This document shows, one piece after another, positions 28,709 to 38,608 of a stretch of 64,000 bases of DNA. The notes beneath the pieces were generated by a model, which did no database searches, was not told where the DNA came from, and saw only the letters and a list, made by a program, of their open reading frames with translations. The position numbers and the translations under genes were made by a program. The stretch covers positions 18,402-82,401 of the forward strand of contig JAUNNP010000001.1 in the NCBI GenBank assembly GCA_030531385.1. Direction: 5' to 3'. How positions within the stretch are numbered: position 1 is the first letter of the stretch; the number at the start of each line of letters is the position of its first letter. The DNA comes from Eubacteriales bacterium (GTDB taxonomy: Bacteria; Bacillota; Clostridia; Lachnospirales; Lachnospiraceae).

Positions 28709-29562
28709 GGCCTGCCCGCTCCAAACAGGTTTAAAATAGCATCTTCCGCTTCGTCGACAGTCGACAGCGTCACATCGATCCCGAAGCCCTCAGCGCGAAG
28801 CTCATGCGCGAGATATGTGATCTCCGGCGCAGAAAGCCCGCATTTCTCAAGCTCATCAATATGCCTGAACACTTCCTTGGGAGTATCATAAAAAAGAAGC
28901 TCGCCGTTATTCATCACCAGTATCTTATCGGCATATTCCGCCACATCGTCCATGCTGTGTGAAACCAGCAGGATAGTCATATTTCTGTCATGATGAAGCC
29001 TGCCTATAAGCTCAAGCATCTCATTTCGTCCCTGCGGATCAAGTCCCGCGGTCGGCTCATCCAGTATCAGCACCTCCGGCTCCATAGCCAGGATACCCGC
29101 CAGAGCCGCCCTTCGCTTCTGTCCTCCCGAAAGCTCAAACGGACTTCTGTCCCAGGTCTCCTCTTCAAGTCCTATAGCCCTGAGAGCCGCCTCTGCCTTA
29201 TCTTTGCATTCTTCCTCGTCAAAGCCGAGATTTCCGGGGCCAAACATAACATCCTTAATAACAGTTTCCTCAAACAGCTGATATTCAGGATACTGGAACA
29301 CAATGCCAACGTGTCCGCGAAGTCTTATAAGATCATATCCGGGCTTAAAAATATCCTCGCCCCGGAACAATACCGTTCCCGACGTCGGCATTTCCAGTCC
29401 GTTTAAATGCTGGATCAGTGTGGACTTTCCGGACCCGGTATGTCCTATAAGCCCGATAAAGCTGCCGTCCTCTATAGTGAAGCTGACATCCTTTACGGCA
29501 TAGGACTCCATGGCCGTGCCCTTATTATATATATGTGAAAGATTTCGTACTTCTATACTCAT
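28705..29562 (-). CDS. ecfA2: ECF transporter energizing ATPase A2 (EcfA')
   Basis: 285 aa. GLIGHTGSGKSTLIQHLNGL is typical of EcfA2. LSGGQKRR; ILDEPTAGLD. ATGA-type 4-nt overlap with truA. Confidence 0.9.
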   Translation of the reverse strand: MSIEVRNLSHIYNKGTAMESYAVKDVSFTIEDGSFIGLIGHTGSGKSTLIQHLNGLEMPTSGTVLFRGEDIFKPGYDLIRLRGHVGIVFQYPEYQLFEETVIKDVMFGPGNLGFDEEECKDKAEAALRAIGLEEETWDRSPFELSGGQKRRAALAGILAMEPEVLILDEPTAGLDPQGRNEMLELIGRLHHDRNMTILLVSHSMDDVAEYADKILVMNNGELLFYDTPKEVFRHIDELEKCGLSAPEITYLAHELRAEGFGIDVTLSTVDEAEDAILNLFGAGRP

Positions 29563-29574
29563 TTCGATCAGTCC

Positions 29575-30375
29575 TCAATACAGGAAGCGCGACGCTGCCA
29601 TCGCGGCAAAATAGATCAGCAGCACAAGATAGGCCGCTCTGTCATTCGGACCGTACTTAAGCGGCTTCATCTTTGTTCTTCCGCTTCCTCCATGATAGCA
29701 CCTTGATTCCATCGCCAGCGCCAGATCCGAGGCTCGCCTGAAGGCCGCGATAAACAGCGGTACAAGTATCGGCACCATAGCCTTTGCTTTTCTGAAAATG
29801 TTTCCGGTCTCAAAGTCCGCGCCCCTCGCCTTCTGCGCTTTCATTATCTTATCTGTCTCGTCGGTAAGGATCGGAATAAATCTGAGTGCTATCGACATCA
29901 TCATAGCGATATCATGTACCGGAAGCTTAAACCTGTTCAGGAAGCCCAGTCCCTTTTCAAGTCCGTCAGTAAGCTGCGTAGGTGTGGTGGTAAGTGTCAT
30001 AAGCGATGAGCCTATCACAAGATAAACCAGCCTCAGTCCCATAAAAGCAGCTGTTATCAGGCCCTCATAGGTGATCCTGATAAAGCCAAGTCTGAACAGC
30101 ACTGTGCCGTCAATAAAAAAGATATTTATACAGGCTGACAGCATAAGAATTACAACTATCGCCTTGAGCCCTCTTGTAATGTAACTGACCGGTACACGGC
30201 TCATATAAATGCAGAAGCCAAGAAAGGCAGTGGCGATAATATACCCCGCTGCCGTGGATGTTATAAACAGTGAGATCAGATACAGGAGCGTACCCGCGAG
30301 CTTTGTGCGCGGGTCAAGCCTGTGTATGGCCGAATCCACCGGATAATATTGTCCAAGTGTTATATCTTTAAGCAT
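29575..30375 (-). CDS. ecfT: ECF transporter transmembrane component
   Basis: 266 aa, polytopic. ...LDPRTKL... and the coupling-helix ARG motifs (KAQKARGADF, ALAMESRCY) are typical of EcfT/CbiQ. Confidence 0.9.
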   Translation of the reverse strand: MLKDITLGQYYPVDSAIHRLDPRTKLAGTLLYLISLFITSTAAGYIIATAFLGFCIYMSRVPVSYITRGLKAIVVILMLSACINIFFIDGTVLFRLGFIRITYEGLITAAFMGLRLVYLVIGSSLMTLTTTPTQLTDGLEKGLGFLNRFKLPVHDIAMMMSIALRFIPILTDETDKIMKAQKARGADFETGNIFRKAKAMVPILVPLFIAAFRRASDLALAMESRCYHGGSGRTKMKPLKYGPNDRAAYLVLLIYFAAMAASRFLY

Positions 30376-31255
30376 TTTCCTTATCTCTGAGAGCCTTCAG
30401 GGCCTCGACCAGCTCCTTCCTCGTAAGTATTCCCTCCGGAATATCAAGGCCTTTATTTTTTAATCTGAAGGCAAGCTCTGTAATGACAGGGACTGAGAGC
30501 GAATGTTTTTTCAGCTCATCCACTCTCGTAAAGAGCTCCCTCGGAGTCCCGTCAAGCGGTCTTCCCGAAGCATCCGCTGCTATATTTCCCTTTTCCATAA
30601 CTATAAGACGGTCGGCGTCTATAGCCTCCTCCATATAGTGTGTTATCAGAATTATGGTAATGCCGTCCTTTTTATTGAGTTCATGAACGGCATCAAGGAC
30701 ATCCTTTCTTCCCGATGGGTCGAGCATGGCAGTAGGTTCATCAAGCACTATACACTGCGGCTTCATCGCAACTATTCCGGCTATCGCCGTGCGCTGCTTC
30801 TGTCCGCCCGAAAGTCTGTTTGGGGATTTATACCTGAAAGCGCTCAATCCCAGCTTTTCTATGACCGAATCAACTCTTTCAATTATTTCCTCAGACGGCA
30901 CGCCCATATTTTCGGGTCCGAAGGCCACGTCCTCCTCCACGATATTGGCCACGATCTGATTGTCCGGATTCTGGAATACCATACCGGCGCTTTCCCTTAC
31001 CTTAAGGATATTATCCTCATCCCTGGTATCTCTTCCGGAAACAAGAATAGTACCCTCATCAGGCAGATTCAGACCATTGATAAGCTTTGCGAATGAAGAC
31101 TTTCCCGATCCATTGTGCCCCAGTACGCACACAAATGAGCCCTTTTCGATCTCAAGACTAAAATTCGAAAGGGCTGTCTGTGTTTCTATGACATTATCCT
31201 CTTCATCATGCAGCGTGTACTTATATACTACCCTTGCCGCTTCAATAATATTCAT
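30368..31255 (-). CDS. ecfA1: ECF transporter energizing ATPase A1
   Basis: 295 aa. VLGHNGSGKSSFAKLINGL; LSGGQKQRTAIAG; VLDEPTAMLDP. Overlaps ecfT by 8 nt. Confidence 0.9.
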   Translation of the reverse strand: MNIIEAARVVYKYTLHDEEDNVIETQTALSNFSLEIEKGSFVCVLGHNGSGKSSFAKLINGLNLPDEGTILVSGRDTRDEDNILKVRESAGMVFQNPDNQIVANIVEEDVAFGPENMGVPSEEIIERVDSVIEKLGLSAFRYKSPNRLSGGQKQRTAIAGIVAMKPQCIVLDEPTAMLDPSGRKDVLDAVHELNKKDGITIILITHYMEEAIDADRLIVMEKGNIAADASGRPLDGTPRELFTRVDELKKHSLSVPVITELAFRLKNKGLDIPEGILTRKELVEALKALRDKENA

Positions 31256-31274
31256 TGGAAATGCTGACTCCGTC

Positions 31275-32360
31275 TTATTTCTTGTTTCCGGCGATCTTCT
31301 CTATTTCACCGATAATAATGCTGACTCCGTCACTGATCGCCGAAGTATTCATCGCCTCTATATAGCTCTCTTTGTTCTTCCAAAGCTCAATGACTGAAGA
31401 ATACAGGGTATCGTCCGTCATATTTTCTTCCTGAAGCACCATTGAGTAACCCTGCTTTTCAAAGGAAGCCGCATTTAAAAGCTGGTCTCCCCTGCTGGCA
31501 TTCGCAGAAAGCGGAATGAGAAGATTCGGCTTTTTTAACGCAAGCAGCTCACAGATAGCATTTGCCCCTGCTCTTGAAATAAAAATATCCGCGGCGGCAA
31601 AAAAATCTTTAAGCTCCGCGCTTACAAATTCAAACTGTCTGTAGCCGGCCCTGCCCTCCAGTTCAGGCGCAAGGTTGCCCTTTCCGCATATGTGGATAAG
31701 GTCAAAGGTCTCAAGAAGTCTGTCAAGTATCGATCTTACCGCTGTATTGATATGCTGGGCGCCAAGAGACCCTCCTATAATAAGGAGTACAGGCTTATTT
31801 CCATCAAATCCGAGTATTTTAAGTCCCTCCCCGCGGTTTCCCTGAAGCACCTCCGCACGTATGGGAGATCCGCTTAATACAGCCTTCTTTTTGGGCAGAT
31901 GTTCCATGGTTTCCGGGAAATTGCAGCATATTTTTTTTGCAAACGGAGCTGCTATCTTGTTGGCAAGTCCCGGTGTCATATCTGATTCATGTGATATAAC
32001 AGGCACCCTGTTGATCCATGCGGCGGCTGTTACCGGCACGGCAACAAAGCCTCCCTTGGAAAAGACCACATCAGGCTTATATTCGCGTATTATCCTGCCG
32101 GCGTCAAAGAAGCCCTTTATCACCCTGAACGGATCGGTAAAATTTTTCCAGTCGAAATAACGGCGGAGCTTTCCGGTCGCAATACCTTTATAAGCAACAC
32201 CGGCTTTTTTTACCATGACGGACTCCATGCCGCTGATGCTTCCGATGTAGAGCACATCATAGCCTTTTTTCTTAAGCTCAGGAAGAAGCGCGAGGTTAGG
32301 TGTAACATGTCCCGCTGTTCCTCCTCCTGTAAGAATTATCTTTTTCATATATTTCTCCAT
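31275..32360 (-). CDS. murG: Undecaprenyldiphospho-muramoylpentapeptide beta-N-acetylglucosaminyltransferase
   Basis: 361 aa. [18 protein letters not shown]-loop. C-terminal ...[24 protein letters not shown].... Confidence 0.93.
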   Translation of the reverse strand: MEKYMKKIILTGGGTAGHVTPNLALLPELKKKGYDVLYIGSISGMESVMVKKAGVAYKGIATGKLRRYFDWKNFTDPFRVIKGFFDAGRIIREYKPDVVFSKGGFVAVPVTAAAWINRVPVISHESDMTPGLANKIAAPFAKKICCNFPETMEHLPKKKAVLSGSPIRAEVLQGNRGEGLKILGFDGNKPVLLIIGGSLGAQHINTAVRSILDRLLETFDLIHICGKGNLAPELEGRAGYRQFEFVSAELKDFFAAADIFISRAGANAICELLALKKPNLLIPLSANASRGDQLLNAASFEKQGYSMVLQEENMTDDTLYSSVIELWKNKESYIEAMNTSAISDGVSIIIGEIEKIAGNKK

Positions 32361-32372
32361 AGTTTCTCTATT

Positions 32373-33248
32373 CTACCTACTGCGTGCTTCTTTTTCAAGC
32401 CCCTGCTTCCTGCGCGGGGTAAGATACAGTATCGCGCCCATGATAAGCGCCGCCCCCGCCGCAAGCTGGACCGTAACTCCGATAAACGCGGCATACCTCA
32501 AAAATGCCATATCCGGCGCTGCATTCAGCATGGAAAAAAGTGATGCAAGCTGACCGCTTTCTCCTATCTGATCGGCAAGTATCGCGAATACCGGGAGCAG
32601 CGGATCTATCACAAAAATATAAGCCGCCGCATTATGTCCGGTCGCTGTAAAAGCGCCGGCTACAGCGGATATAATAAACGGTCCCGCTGTCACTCCTGCC
32701 GTAAGGGCATATGCTATGGCAATGCTTCGCACGGAAGCCCCTCCGATACAGCTTGAAAACATGCCTATCGCCAGTACAAAAATAACCTCGACCGCCATGA
32801 TCAGCATAAGAAACACCGTGCTCTGGATATGTACTCCTCCAAACATCAGCGGTATCAGCATTGCCGGAAGACATGACACTATAAGCATACACATGCTTAA
32901 ATATGCTGAAATAAATTTTTCGATCACTATATCCGCCGGTGTAAGCGCGGTGGTCAGCAAAAGATCGAGCGTGCCCTTTTCCCTCTCACCGGAGATCGAG
33001 GCGGCGGTAAACAGTGGTGCCGAAAAGATGACCATCACGAACTCAAGCATTACAACAAATAAATACGCTCTCAGAAAAGAACCGTAATCAGCCGTATAGT
33101 TCCTCTTCATCAGGAGAATAAGACTTGAGGCCGCGGAAAGTCCTATAACAAAAAGCACTGCATTGAATACCGTCATGATCACCGGCAGGGTAAGGCTCCG
33201 GCTCTTGATCTCTATTTCTTTTTTAATTATCGGGTTCAGACGCATCAT
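32373..33248 (-). CDS. ABC-2-type transporter permease (GldF/NosY-like, 6 TM)
   Basis: The tracked ORF extends to a TTG at 33305. MMRLNPIIKKEIEIKSRS... (ATG at 33246-33248 or 33243-33245) matches the usual N-terminus of this family. The start is uncertain, and the gene overlaps the ATPase 3' end by about 25 nt. Confidence 0.75.
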   Translation of the reverse strand: MMRLNPIIKKEIEIKSRSLTLPVIMTVFNAVLFVIGLSAASSLILLMKRNYTADYGSFLRAYLFVVMLEFVMVIFSAPLFTAASISGEREKGTLDLLLTTALTPADIVIEKFISAYLSMCMLIVSCLPAMLIPLMFGGVHIQSTVFLMLIMAVEVIFVLAIGMFSSCIGGASVRSIAIAYALTAGVTAGPFIISAVAGAFTATGHNAAAYIFVIDPLLPVFAILADQIGESGQLASLFSMLNAAPDMAFLRYAAFIGVTVQLAAGAALIMGAILYLTPRRKQGLEKEARSR

Positions 33249-34194
33249 AACTGGATATAATTCTTTCCTCTCCATGTCCTGTAAGCTGCATGAATATGGA
33301 TTCAAGCGATCCCTTCTCCCTTGAAAATCCCCTTACGGGAATTCCGCTTTCGATCATTCGCTTAAGCAGCTCAGCTTCTTCCTTTGGGCGGCCGTGGAAG
33401 TTGATCATAATATCGCTTCCCTTTATCGCCATAGACTTTACATTTTTTTCTTCCTTCAGGAATTTAATCGCCTGAGTCACCTTTCCTGCCATGGAAATTA
33501 TTATGGGATTCTCAGCTGTGACCATTTTCATGACTTCTGTAATGCGGCCTGACATGACGATGCTGCCCTGATCTATTATGCCTATATCCGTACACAGCTC
33601 TGAAATATCATTCAGGATATGTGAGCTTATGATAATGGTCTTGCCCTGATCTGAAAGCTCGCCTGCTATCTGTTTAAACTCATATCTGGTCCTCGGATCA
33701 AGTCCTGAGGTGGGTTCATCCATGATCAGAAGCGGCGGGTCATTGATAAGCGCCCTCGCAAGTGCCAGCTTCTGCTTCATTCCCTTTGAGAGGGCCTCAA
33801 CATAGAAGTCCTCCTTATCCTCCAGCCCGACATATTTTAAGAGCTTCACGGTCTTGTTGTCACTTTCTATTCCATCCAGTCCGCAGCAGGCCGCAAAAAA
33901 CTGCATATATTCCGACACCTTGAAGTTATTGTAGATTCCAAGGTCATCCGGAACATAGCCTATCATACTCTTGTACTGCTTGGGATCCTCTTCCAGCCTC
34001 ATGCCGTTTAAGGTCACTTCCCCTTCATCCGGGTAAATGATTCCCGTCATGATTTTTATGGCTGTTGTCTTACCCGCTCCGTTCGGACCGACAAAACCGT
34101 ACAGCGATCCTTCCTGAATCTTGAGATTCAGGTCGTCAAGAGCACAGAAATGTCCGTAAAACTTTGTGATATTTGATAACTTCAGCATGCTCAT
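33223..34194 (-). CDS. ABC transporter ATP-binding protein with a C-terminal accessory domain
   Basis: 323 aa. Walker A GPNGAGKTT, signature LSKGMKQKL, Walker B LLIMDEPTSGLD, H-loop SSHIL, and a ~100-aa C-terminal extension. ATGA overlap with the upstream gene. Confidence 0.9.
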   Translation of the reverse strand: MSMLKLSNITKFYGHFCALDDLNLKIQEGSLYGFVGPNGAGKTTAIKIMTGIIYPDEGEVTLNGMRLEEDPKQYKSMIGYVPDDLGIYNNFKVSEYMQFFAACCGLDGIESDNKTVKLLKYVGLEDKEDFYVEALSKGMKQKLALARALINDPPLLIMDEPTSGLDPRTRYEFKQIAGELSDQGKTIIISSHILNDISELCTDIGIIDQGSIVMSGRITEVMKMVTAENPIIISMAGKVTQAIKFLKEEKNVKSMAIKGSDIMINFHGRPKEEAELLKRMIESGIPVRGFSREKGSLESIFMQLTGHGEERIISSYDASEPDN

Positions 34195-36680
34195 CTTTCT
34201 GTTCCGGTTATATTTGGTACCGGTAAAAATGCGGATATCTGGGAAGAACTTCCATCATCCGGAAGATATCTTACCATGATCGTATTTGCAGGCGACAGGT
34301 ACGGTCTGATCTCCGATCTTTTGAATTCCCTCTTGTCTCGTATCAGCTCGTAGTTTCCGCTCTGATAATTATACAGCGAGATCTGACCGCTGAAGGCTTT
34401 AAGCTTATCAGATTCAAAGTCCTCATTAAGCTCTGTAAAATAAAGGGACCCAATGGAAAGGTCAGTTCCGAGACTGTACTCTATCACAGCTGAACCCCTG
34501 GATGTATTAGATGCTGTATCATAGTCTCCGGAAACGACAGAAGGTTCAGTGCTTATGCCCGTACGCCATACCACCTTGTCACGATTTGCTTCAACATCGG
34601 CAAAGCATACCTCAAGTCTGTTTCCCCTGACCTCTGCCCGCTTGTCAAAGCTTATGTCACTGAATATTTCATTATTGCCGCTAAAGGCTACCAGTCTGGC
34701 GCTGCTATAGTAAGATACAAGCGCCTCCTGCATATAGTAATTAAGATATCTGGTTTTTCCGAGCGCTGATATATATTCATCAGTTCCCTCGTCAAATTCA
34801 TTTAATCCTGTAATATACGCTGCTATAGTCTCCGGATCCCCTGTAGGTGTTATTACCGGTGTAAACTCCGAAAGCTCTATCTCCGTATGAGCCGGGACAG
34901 TTCCGAGCTTAACTGCCCTTCCATACAAAAGCACCGCCGCATCCTCCAGATCATAATCACTGCGGTTACTTATCTTTCCGTCTATCTCCTCTTTAAAAAA
35001 CCGAATATCCGCGGTAATATCCGGAGTCTCATTTTCAGACTTTCTTGAAGAAAATTCAAAGCTGCTTCCCGCAAACGACCCCAGACCCGATGCCTTTATA
35101 AGCTTTAGATCATCGCCGTAATATAGCTCTATATTCTTTTCCTGTTTATCGCCATTGTGACCGCTGCCTGCTGCAATGGGATATATGTCATATTCTGCCG
35201 GAAGCGTGACAGAATACTCATCTGTCGCCGAGGTCGATATCCTCATAAATCCCGATTCGCTGATACTGTTTCCATATATTTCCCTGGCTGCCGCATAATT
35301 AAGCTCCACACTGTCCCTGCGGCTTCCGGTACCTATGAACCATATTGCAAAAGCAAAGACGAAAGCGCTGATGATAACAAAAACATGATAATAGAGCTCA
35401 AGCCCCCGGCCTCTCAGCCACATATACAGCCCAAAGCCTATAAATGCTATATAAATAACGGCTATCATTATATACAGAGCGATGACCGGCATTCTTCCGG
35501 GATCTGTCATTCCCAGAAAATATTCTGTCTCCTCATATATCTCGCTGCTGCTGCCCGCGGAATTAATAAGGCCCTCTATCCTTCCCGAACCAAGAAGACT
35601 GCTTATAAGCTCATCCGTATAATTCATCTCCTGAGAGCAGAATTCGCTTACATCGCAAAGATCAAACGCAGTAAATGCCATTATTCCGCTGCCATGTGAA
35701 GCCGCGGTCAGCATTGGGATATCCGATGCCTGCATTATCTGAATTCCGTTCATCGCGAAAATATTGCAGACGTCAAGCTTAAGCACTGCTCCATCCGGTC
35801 CGTTTTTGGAATATTTCATTCCCATATCTACATCCTCACTGTATGGCTCACTTATCGAAAAGTCATCCAGGTAAGATCCGTAAAAATCTGCGGCATCCGG
35901 ATTTTTACCGCTGCCTATAAGAAGCACGCCTCCGTATTCTACCCATTCAGCTATGGCTTTCAGTTTGTTTCTGCTTATCCTGTTTATATTAAAATCAGAT
36001 ATGATGATCACATCAAGCTGTTCAAGCTCAAGCGATTTTTCCGGCATGGTTTCCGGATCGAGCTCGATCGTATGCGTCCTGAGCGCTGTCTGCGCAATGC
36101 TTATGCCGTTAAAATACCCAAGCTCTTCAGGCTTATCGGAAAGAAGTCCTATCAGCACTTCTGAACCATTGGGCATAATATTTACTGTAACCTGCTTTTC
36201 GGCAAGAAGGTTATCCTCCTCATCATAAAGCCTGAGACTGACCCTTCCCGTTTCCTCTGATACAGATATGATCCCGTCAATAACCGTGACCTCATCCGGC
36301 TGAGCTTCGACATTGAAAATATAACGGTTCAGCACACTGTCAAAATTTCCGCCCCCCGTTTCAATACCGGCGTGGGTTTCCACTGACAGCTTTCCGCTTA
36401 TTTTATTCTGCTCATAATTTGCAATGCTGATATTTACCGGAAGCTTATGGCCGCTTTTCGCAGTATTTCTGTAGCCATAATTCATCTCGAGGCTGATACC
36501 GCTCGTCGGCTCACCGCTTGTTATATATACATTGCTGTCAGTGTCAGCTGTCCATGCGCTTATACTGCCCGGATCTATCGGGAGCTCATCTGCCGCACAC
36601 CAAAAGAAAGGGACCGCGAAAAAGATCCCGATTCCCATGATCAGAGACATTATAAAATTACGCACGCCTGATATTTTCAT
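34191..36680 (-). CDS. Large (~830 aa) membrane protein of unknown family: signal peptide, ectodomain, central TM hairpin, second ectodomain
   Basis: The ATG at 36678-36680 gives MKISGVRNFIMSLIMGIGIFFAVPFFWCA/ADE (the tracked TTG start is 36692). TM hairpin MPVIALYIMIAVIYIAFIGFGLYMWL and LYYHVFVIISAFVFAFAIWFIGTG. The only faint similarity noted is LDVIIISDFN...AIAEWVEYGGVLLIGSG, resembling GldG/ThuA-like Rossmann modules. Confidence 0.7.
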   Translation of the reverse strand: MKISGVRNFIMSLIMGIGIFFAVPFFWCAADELPIDPGSISAWTADTDSNVYITSGEPTSGISLEMNYGYRNTAKSGHKLPVNISIANYEQNKISGKLSVETHAGIETGGGNFDSVLNRYIFNVEAQPDEVTVIDGIISVSEETGRVSLRLYDEEDNLLAEKQVTVNIMPNGSEVLIGLLSDKPEELGYFNGISIAQTALRTHTIELDPETMPEKSLELEQLDVIIISDFNINRISRNKLKAIAEWVEYGGVLLIGSGKNPDAADFYGSYLDDFSISEPYSEDVDMGMKYSKNGPDGAVLKLDVCNIFAMNGIQIMQASDIPMLTAASHGSGIMAFTAFDLCDVSEFCSQEMNYTDELISSLLGSGRIEGLINSAGSSSEIYEETEYFLGMTDPGRMPVIALYIMIAVIYIAFIGFGLYMWLRGRGLELYYHVFVIISAFVFAFAIWFIGTGSRRDSVELNYAAAREIYGNSISESGFMRISTSATDEYSVTLPAEYDIYPIAAGSGHNGDKQEKNIELYYGDDLKLIKASGLGSFAGSSFEFSSRKSENETPDITADIRFFKEEIDGKISNRSDYDLEDAAVLLYGRAVKLGTVPAHTEIELSEFTPVITPTGDPETIAAYITGLNEFDEGTDEYISALGKTRYLNYYMQEALVSYYSSARLVAFSGNNEIFSDISFDKRAEVRGNRLEVCFADVEANRDKVVWRTGISTEPSVVSGDYDTASNTSRGSAVIEYSLGTDLSIGSLYFTELNEDFESDKLKAFSGQISLYNYQSGNYELIRDKREFKRSEIRPYLSPANTIMVRYLPDDGSSSQISAFLPVPNITGTER

Positions 36681-37776
36681 TCTTCTTATCAAAATGTATC
36701 TTCAATCTGACAGTAAATACTGTGCCGTCAAGATCCGACTTTGCGGAAATGCTTCCTCCATGCATATTTACTATATCCTTTGCAATAGCAAGTCCAAGTC
36801 CGGTTCCGCCCGTCTGGGTCGATCTTGCTTTATCCGCCCTGTAGAATTTATTGAAAATAAGCGGAAGATCCTTGTCATCGATAATGAAGCCATAGTTGAT
36901 GACCTTCACCTCTACAGCATCCTCCGGGATCTCGGCATTTACAGTCACGATTACCTTTTTCCCGTCCGCTCCGTACTTTATCGCGTTTCCTATAAGATTA
37001 TCAAAAAGTCTGGCCAAAAGGCCGCCGTCCGCGGCGATCTCAAGTGCAGGGACATTGGTACGCATCTCGTAGCTTAGGCCCTTTTCGGCAAAATTGGGAT
37101 AAGCCTCCTCAAGGAGCTGCTCTAAGAGCTTCACAATATCCACATATCCGACCTTCATGTTCATCTTTCCATAGCTGAGCTTGGTAAAGTCAAAAAGATC
37201 ATTTATAAGCTGTTCAAGTCTTTTGGATTTATTGTAAGCAATTATAAGGTACTTTTTCTTCTGACTGTCATTGAGAATATCACTGTTTTTTCCCGAAAGA
37301 AGCTCGAGATAACCTATTATAGAGGTAAGCGGTGTTCTTAAGTCATGCGCAATATTTGTTATAAGATCTGTTTTTGACTTTTCAGCCTCACGCTCGATCT
37401 CAAGCAGCTTTTTCAGATCCTCCCCGAGCTCGTTCAGATTGACTGCCATCTGCGAGAACTCATCATTTCCTCTTATCTCTACCTTTTTATCGAGGTTTCC
37501 GTCCGCGATCTCATTCATGGCATCGGACAGCTCGGCAATATAATTGATCGAGCTTCGCTGCATCAGATAGAAGATCAGGCAAAAAATAAGAATGGCACTG
37601 AAAACGCATAAAAGGACCGTTACCTCAGACAATTCAGATGTCATTCCAAATACAGATATAAGCCTGCCGATATTGAATATTAGCAGGCTTTCTATTATAC
37701 AGGTTATAAACGCGGCGGCTATTATATTTATAATAAAGCGCGTTTTATATGTTTTTGCATTTGTATTACTTTTCAA
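36658..37776 (-). CDS. Sensor histidine kinase (two TM helices with a ~14-aa loop, HAMP, HisKA, HATPase_c)
   Basis: 372 aa. The TTG start overlaps the response-regulator (RR) stop by 11 nt. H-box IAHDLRTPLTSI, N-box NLIGNAIKY, G-boxes DKARSTQTGGTGLGLAIAKDIV. The minimal extracytoplasmic loop suggests intramembrane sensing. Confidence 0.9.
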   Translation of the reverse strand: MKSNTNAKTYKTRFIINIIAAAFITCIIESLLIFNIGRLISVFGMTSELSEVTVLLCVFSAILIFCLIFYLMQRSSINYIAELSDAMNEIADGNLDKKVEIRGNDEFSQMAVNLNELGEDLKKLLEIEREAEKSKTDLITNIAHDLRTPLTSIIGYLELLSGKNSDILNDSQKKKYLIIAYNKSKRLEQLINDLFDFTKLSYGKMNMKVGYVDIVKLLEQLLEEAYPNFAEKGLSYEMRTNVPALEIAADGGLLARLFDNLIGNAIKYGADGKKVIVTVNAEIPEDAVEVKVINYGFIIDDKDLPLIFNKFYRADKARSTQTGGTGLGLAIAKDIVNMHGGSISAKSDLDGTVFTVRLKIHFDKKNENIRRA

Positions 37777-38470
37777 TCTTGTAACCGACTCCCCAAACTG
37801 TCGAAATTATCTTGTCCTGTCTCTGGTCCTCCTTCATCTTGCCTCTGAGACGTCTGATATGCACCATAACGGTATTATTTGCTTCGTATACCTTCTCATT
37901 CCATACCTTCTCAAATATCTCATCAGTCGAGAATACCTTTCCGGGATTTGAAGCGAGAAGATAAAGAATATCAAACTCTATCGGAGTAAGTCTTATCTCC
38001 TCGTCATCTATGAGCACCTTGTGATTGTCCTTATTTATCGAAAGGCTGCGGATATGTATCTCATTTGTCTCGCCTGAGGATGCCTGATTATTCGGATTGA
38101 GCTGTGTATATCTGCGAAGCTGTGACTTGACCCTCGCTGTAAGCTCAAGCGGATTGAACGGCTTTGTTACATAGTCATCAGCGCCTGTGCCAAGTCCCAT
38201 TATCTTATCAAGATCAGAGGATTTTGCCGACAGCATGATTATCGGAACGTTTGATGTCTCTCTGATCTTCTTGCACATCTGTATTCCGTCCATACCGGGC
38301 ATCATAATATCAAGGAGAACAAGATGGATCTCCTCATCCTCAAGAATTTTAAGTCCTTCCTCCGCGCTTGATGCCTTTCTGACGGTATATCCGTCTGAAA
38401 CAAGATAGATCTCAACAAGATCGGCGATCTCATTTTCATCATCGACTACCAGAATATTGATCTCAGGCAT
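37766..38470 (-). CDS. OmpR/PhoB-family response regulator
   Basis: 234 aa. Receiver domain (ILVVDDE...LVLLDIMMPGMDG...SAKS). Winged-helix output domain (...LTPIEFDILYLLASNPGKVFS...TVWGVGYKI). AGGAG SD. Confidence 0.93.
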   Translation of the reverse strand: MPEINILVVDDENEIADLVEIYLVSDGYTVRKASSAEEGLKILEDEEIHLVLLDIMMPGMDGIQMCKKIRETSNVPIIMLSAKSSDLDKIMGLGTGADDYVTKPFNPLELTARVKSQLRRYTQLNPNNQASSGETNEIHIRSLSINKDNHKVLIDDEEIRLTPIEFDILYLLASNPGKVFSTDEIFEKVWNEKVYEANNTVMVHIRRLRGKMKEDQRQDKIISTVWGVGYKIEK

Positions 38471-38608
38471 ATTGGCTCCTTTGCTTTAAAACATTTGTCA
38501 GTCCTGTGGTATTAGTATTACAACGTATTGGCTTTATTATATAAATAATATTGCCAAAGGTTGTTTCTTTTGTCTGAATTTTTATTAACGTTTCAATATA
38601 ATTTATAT

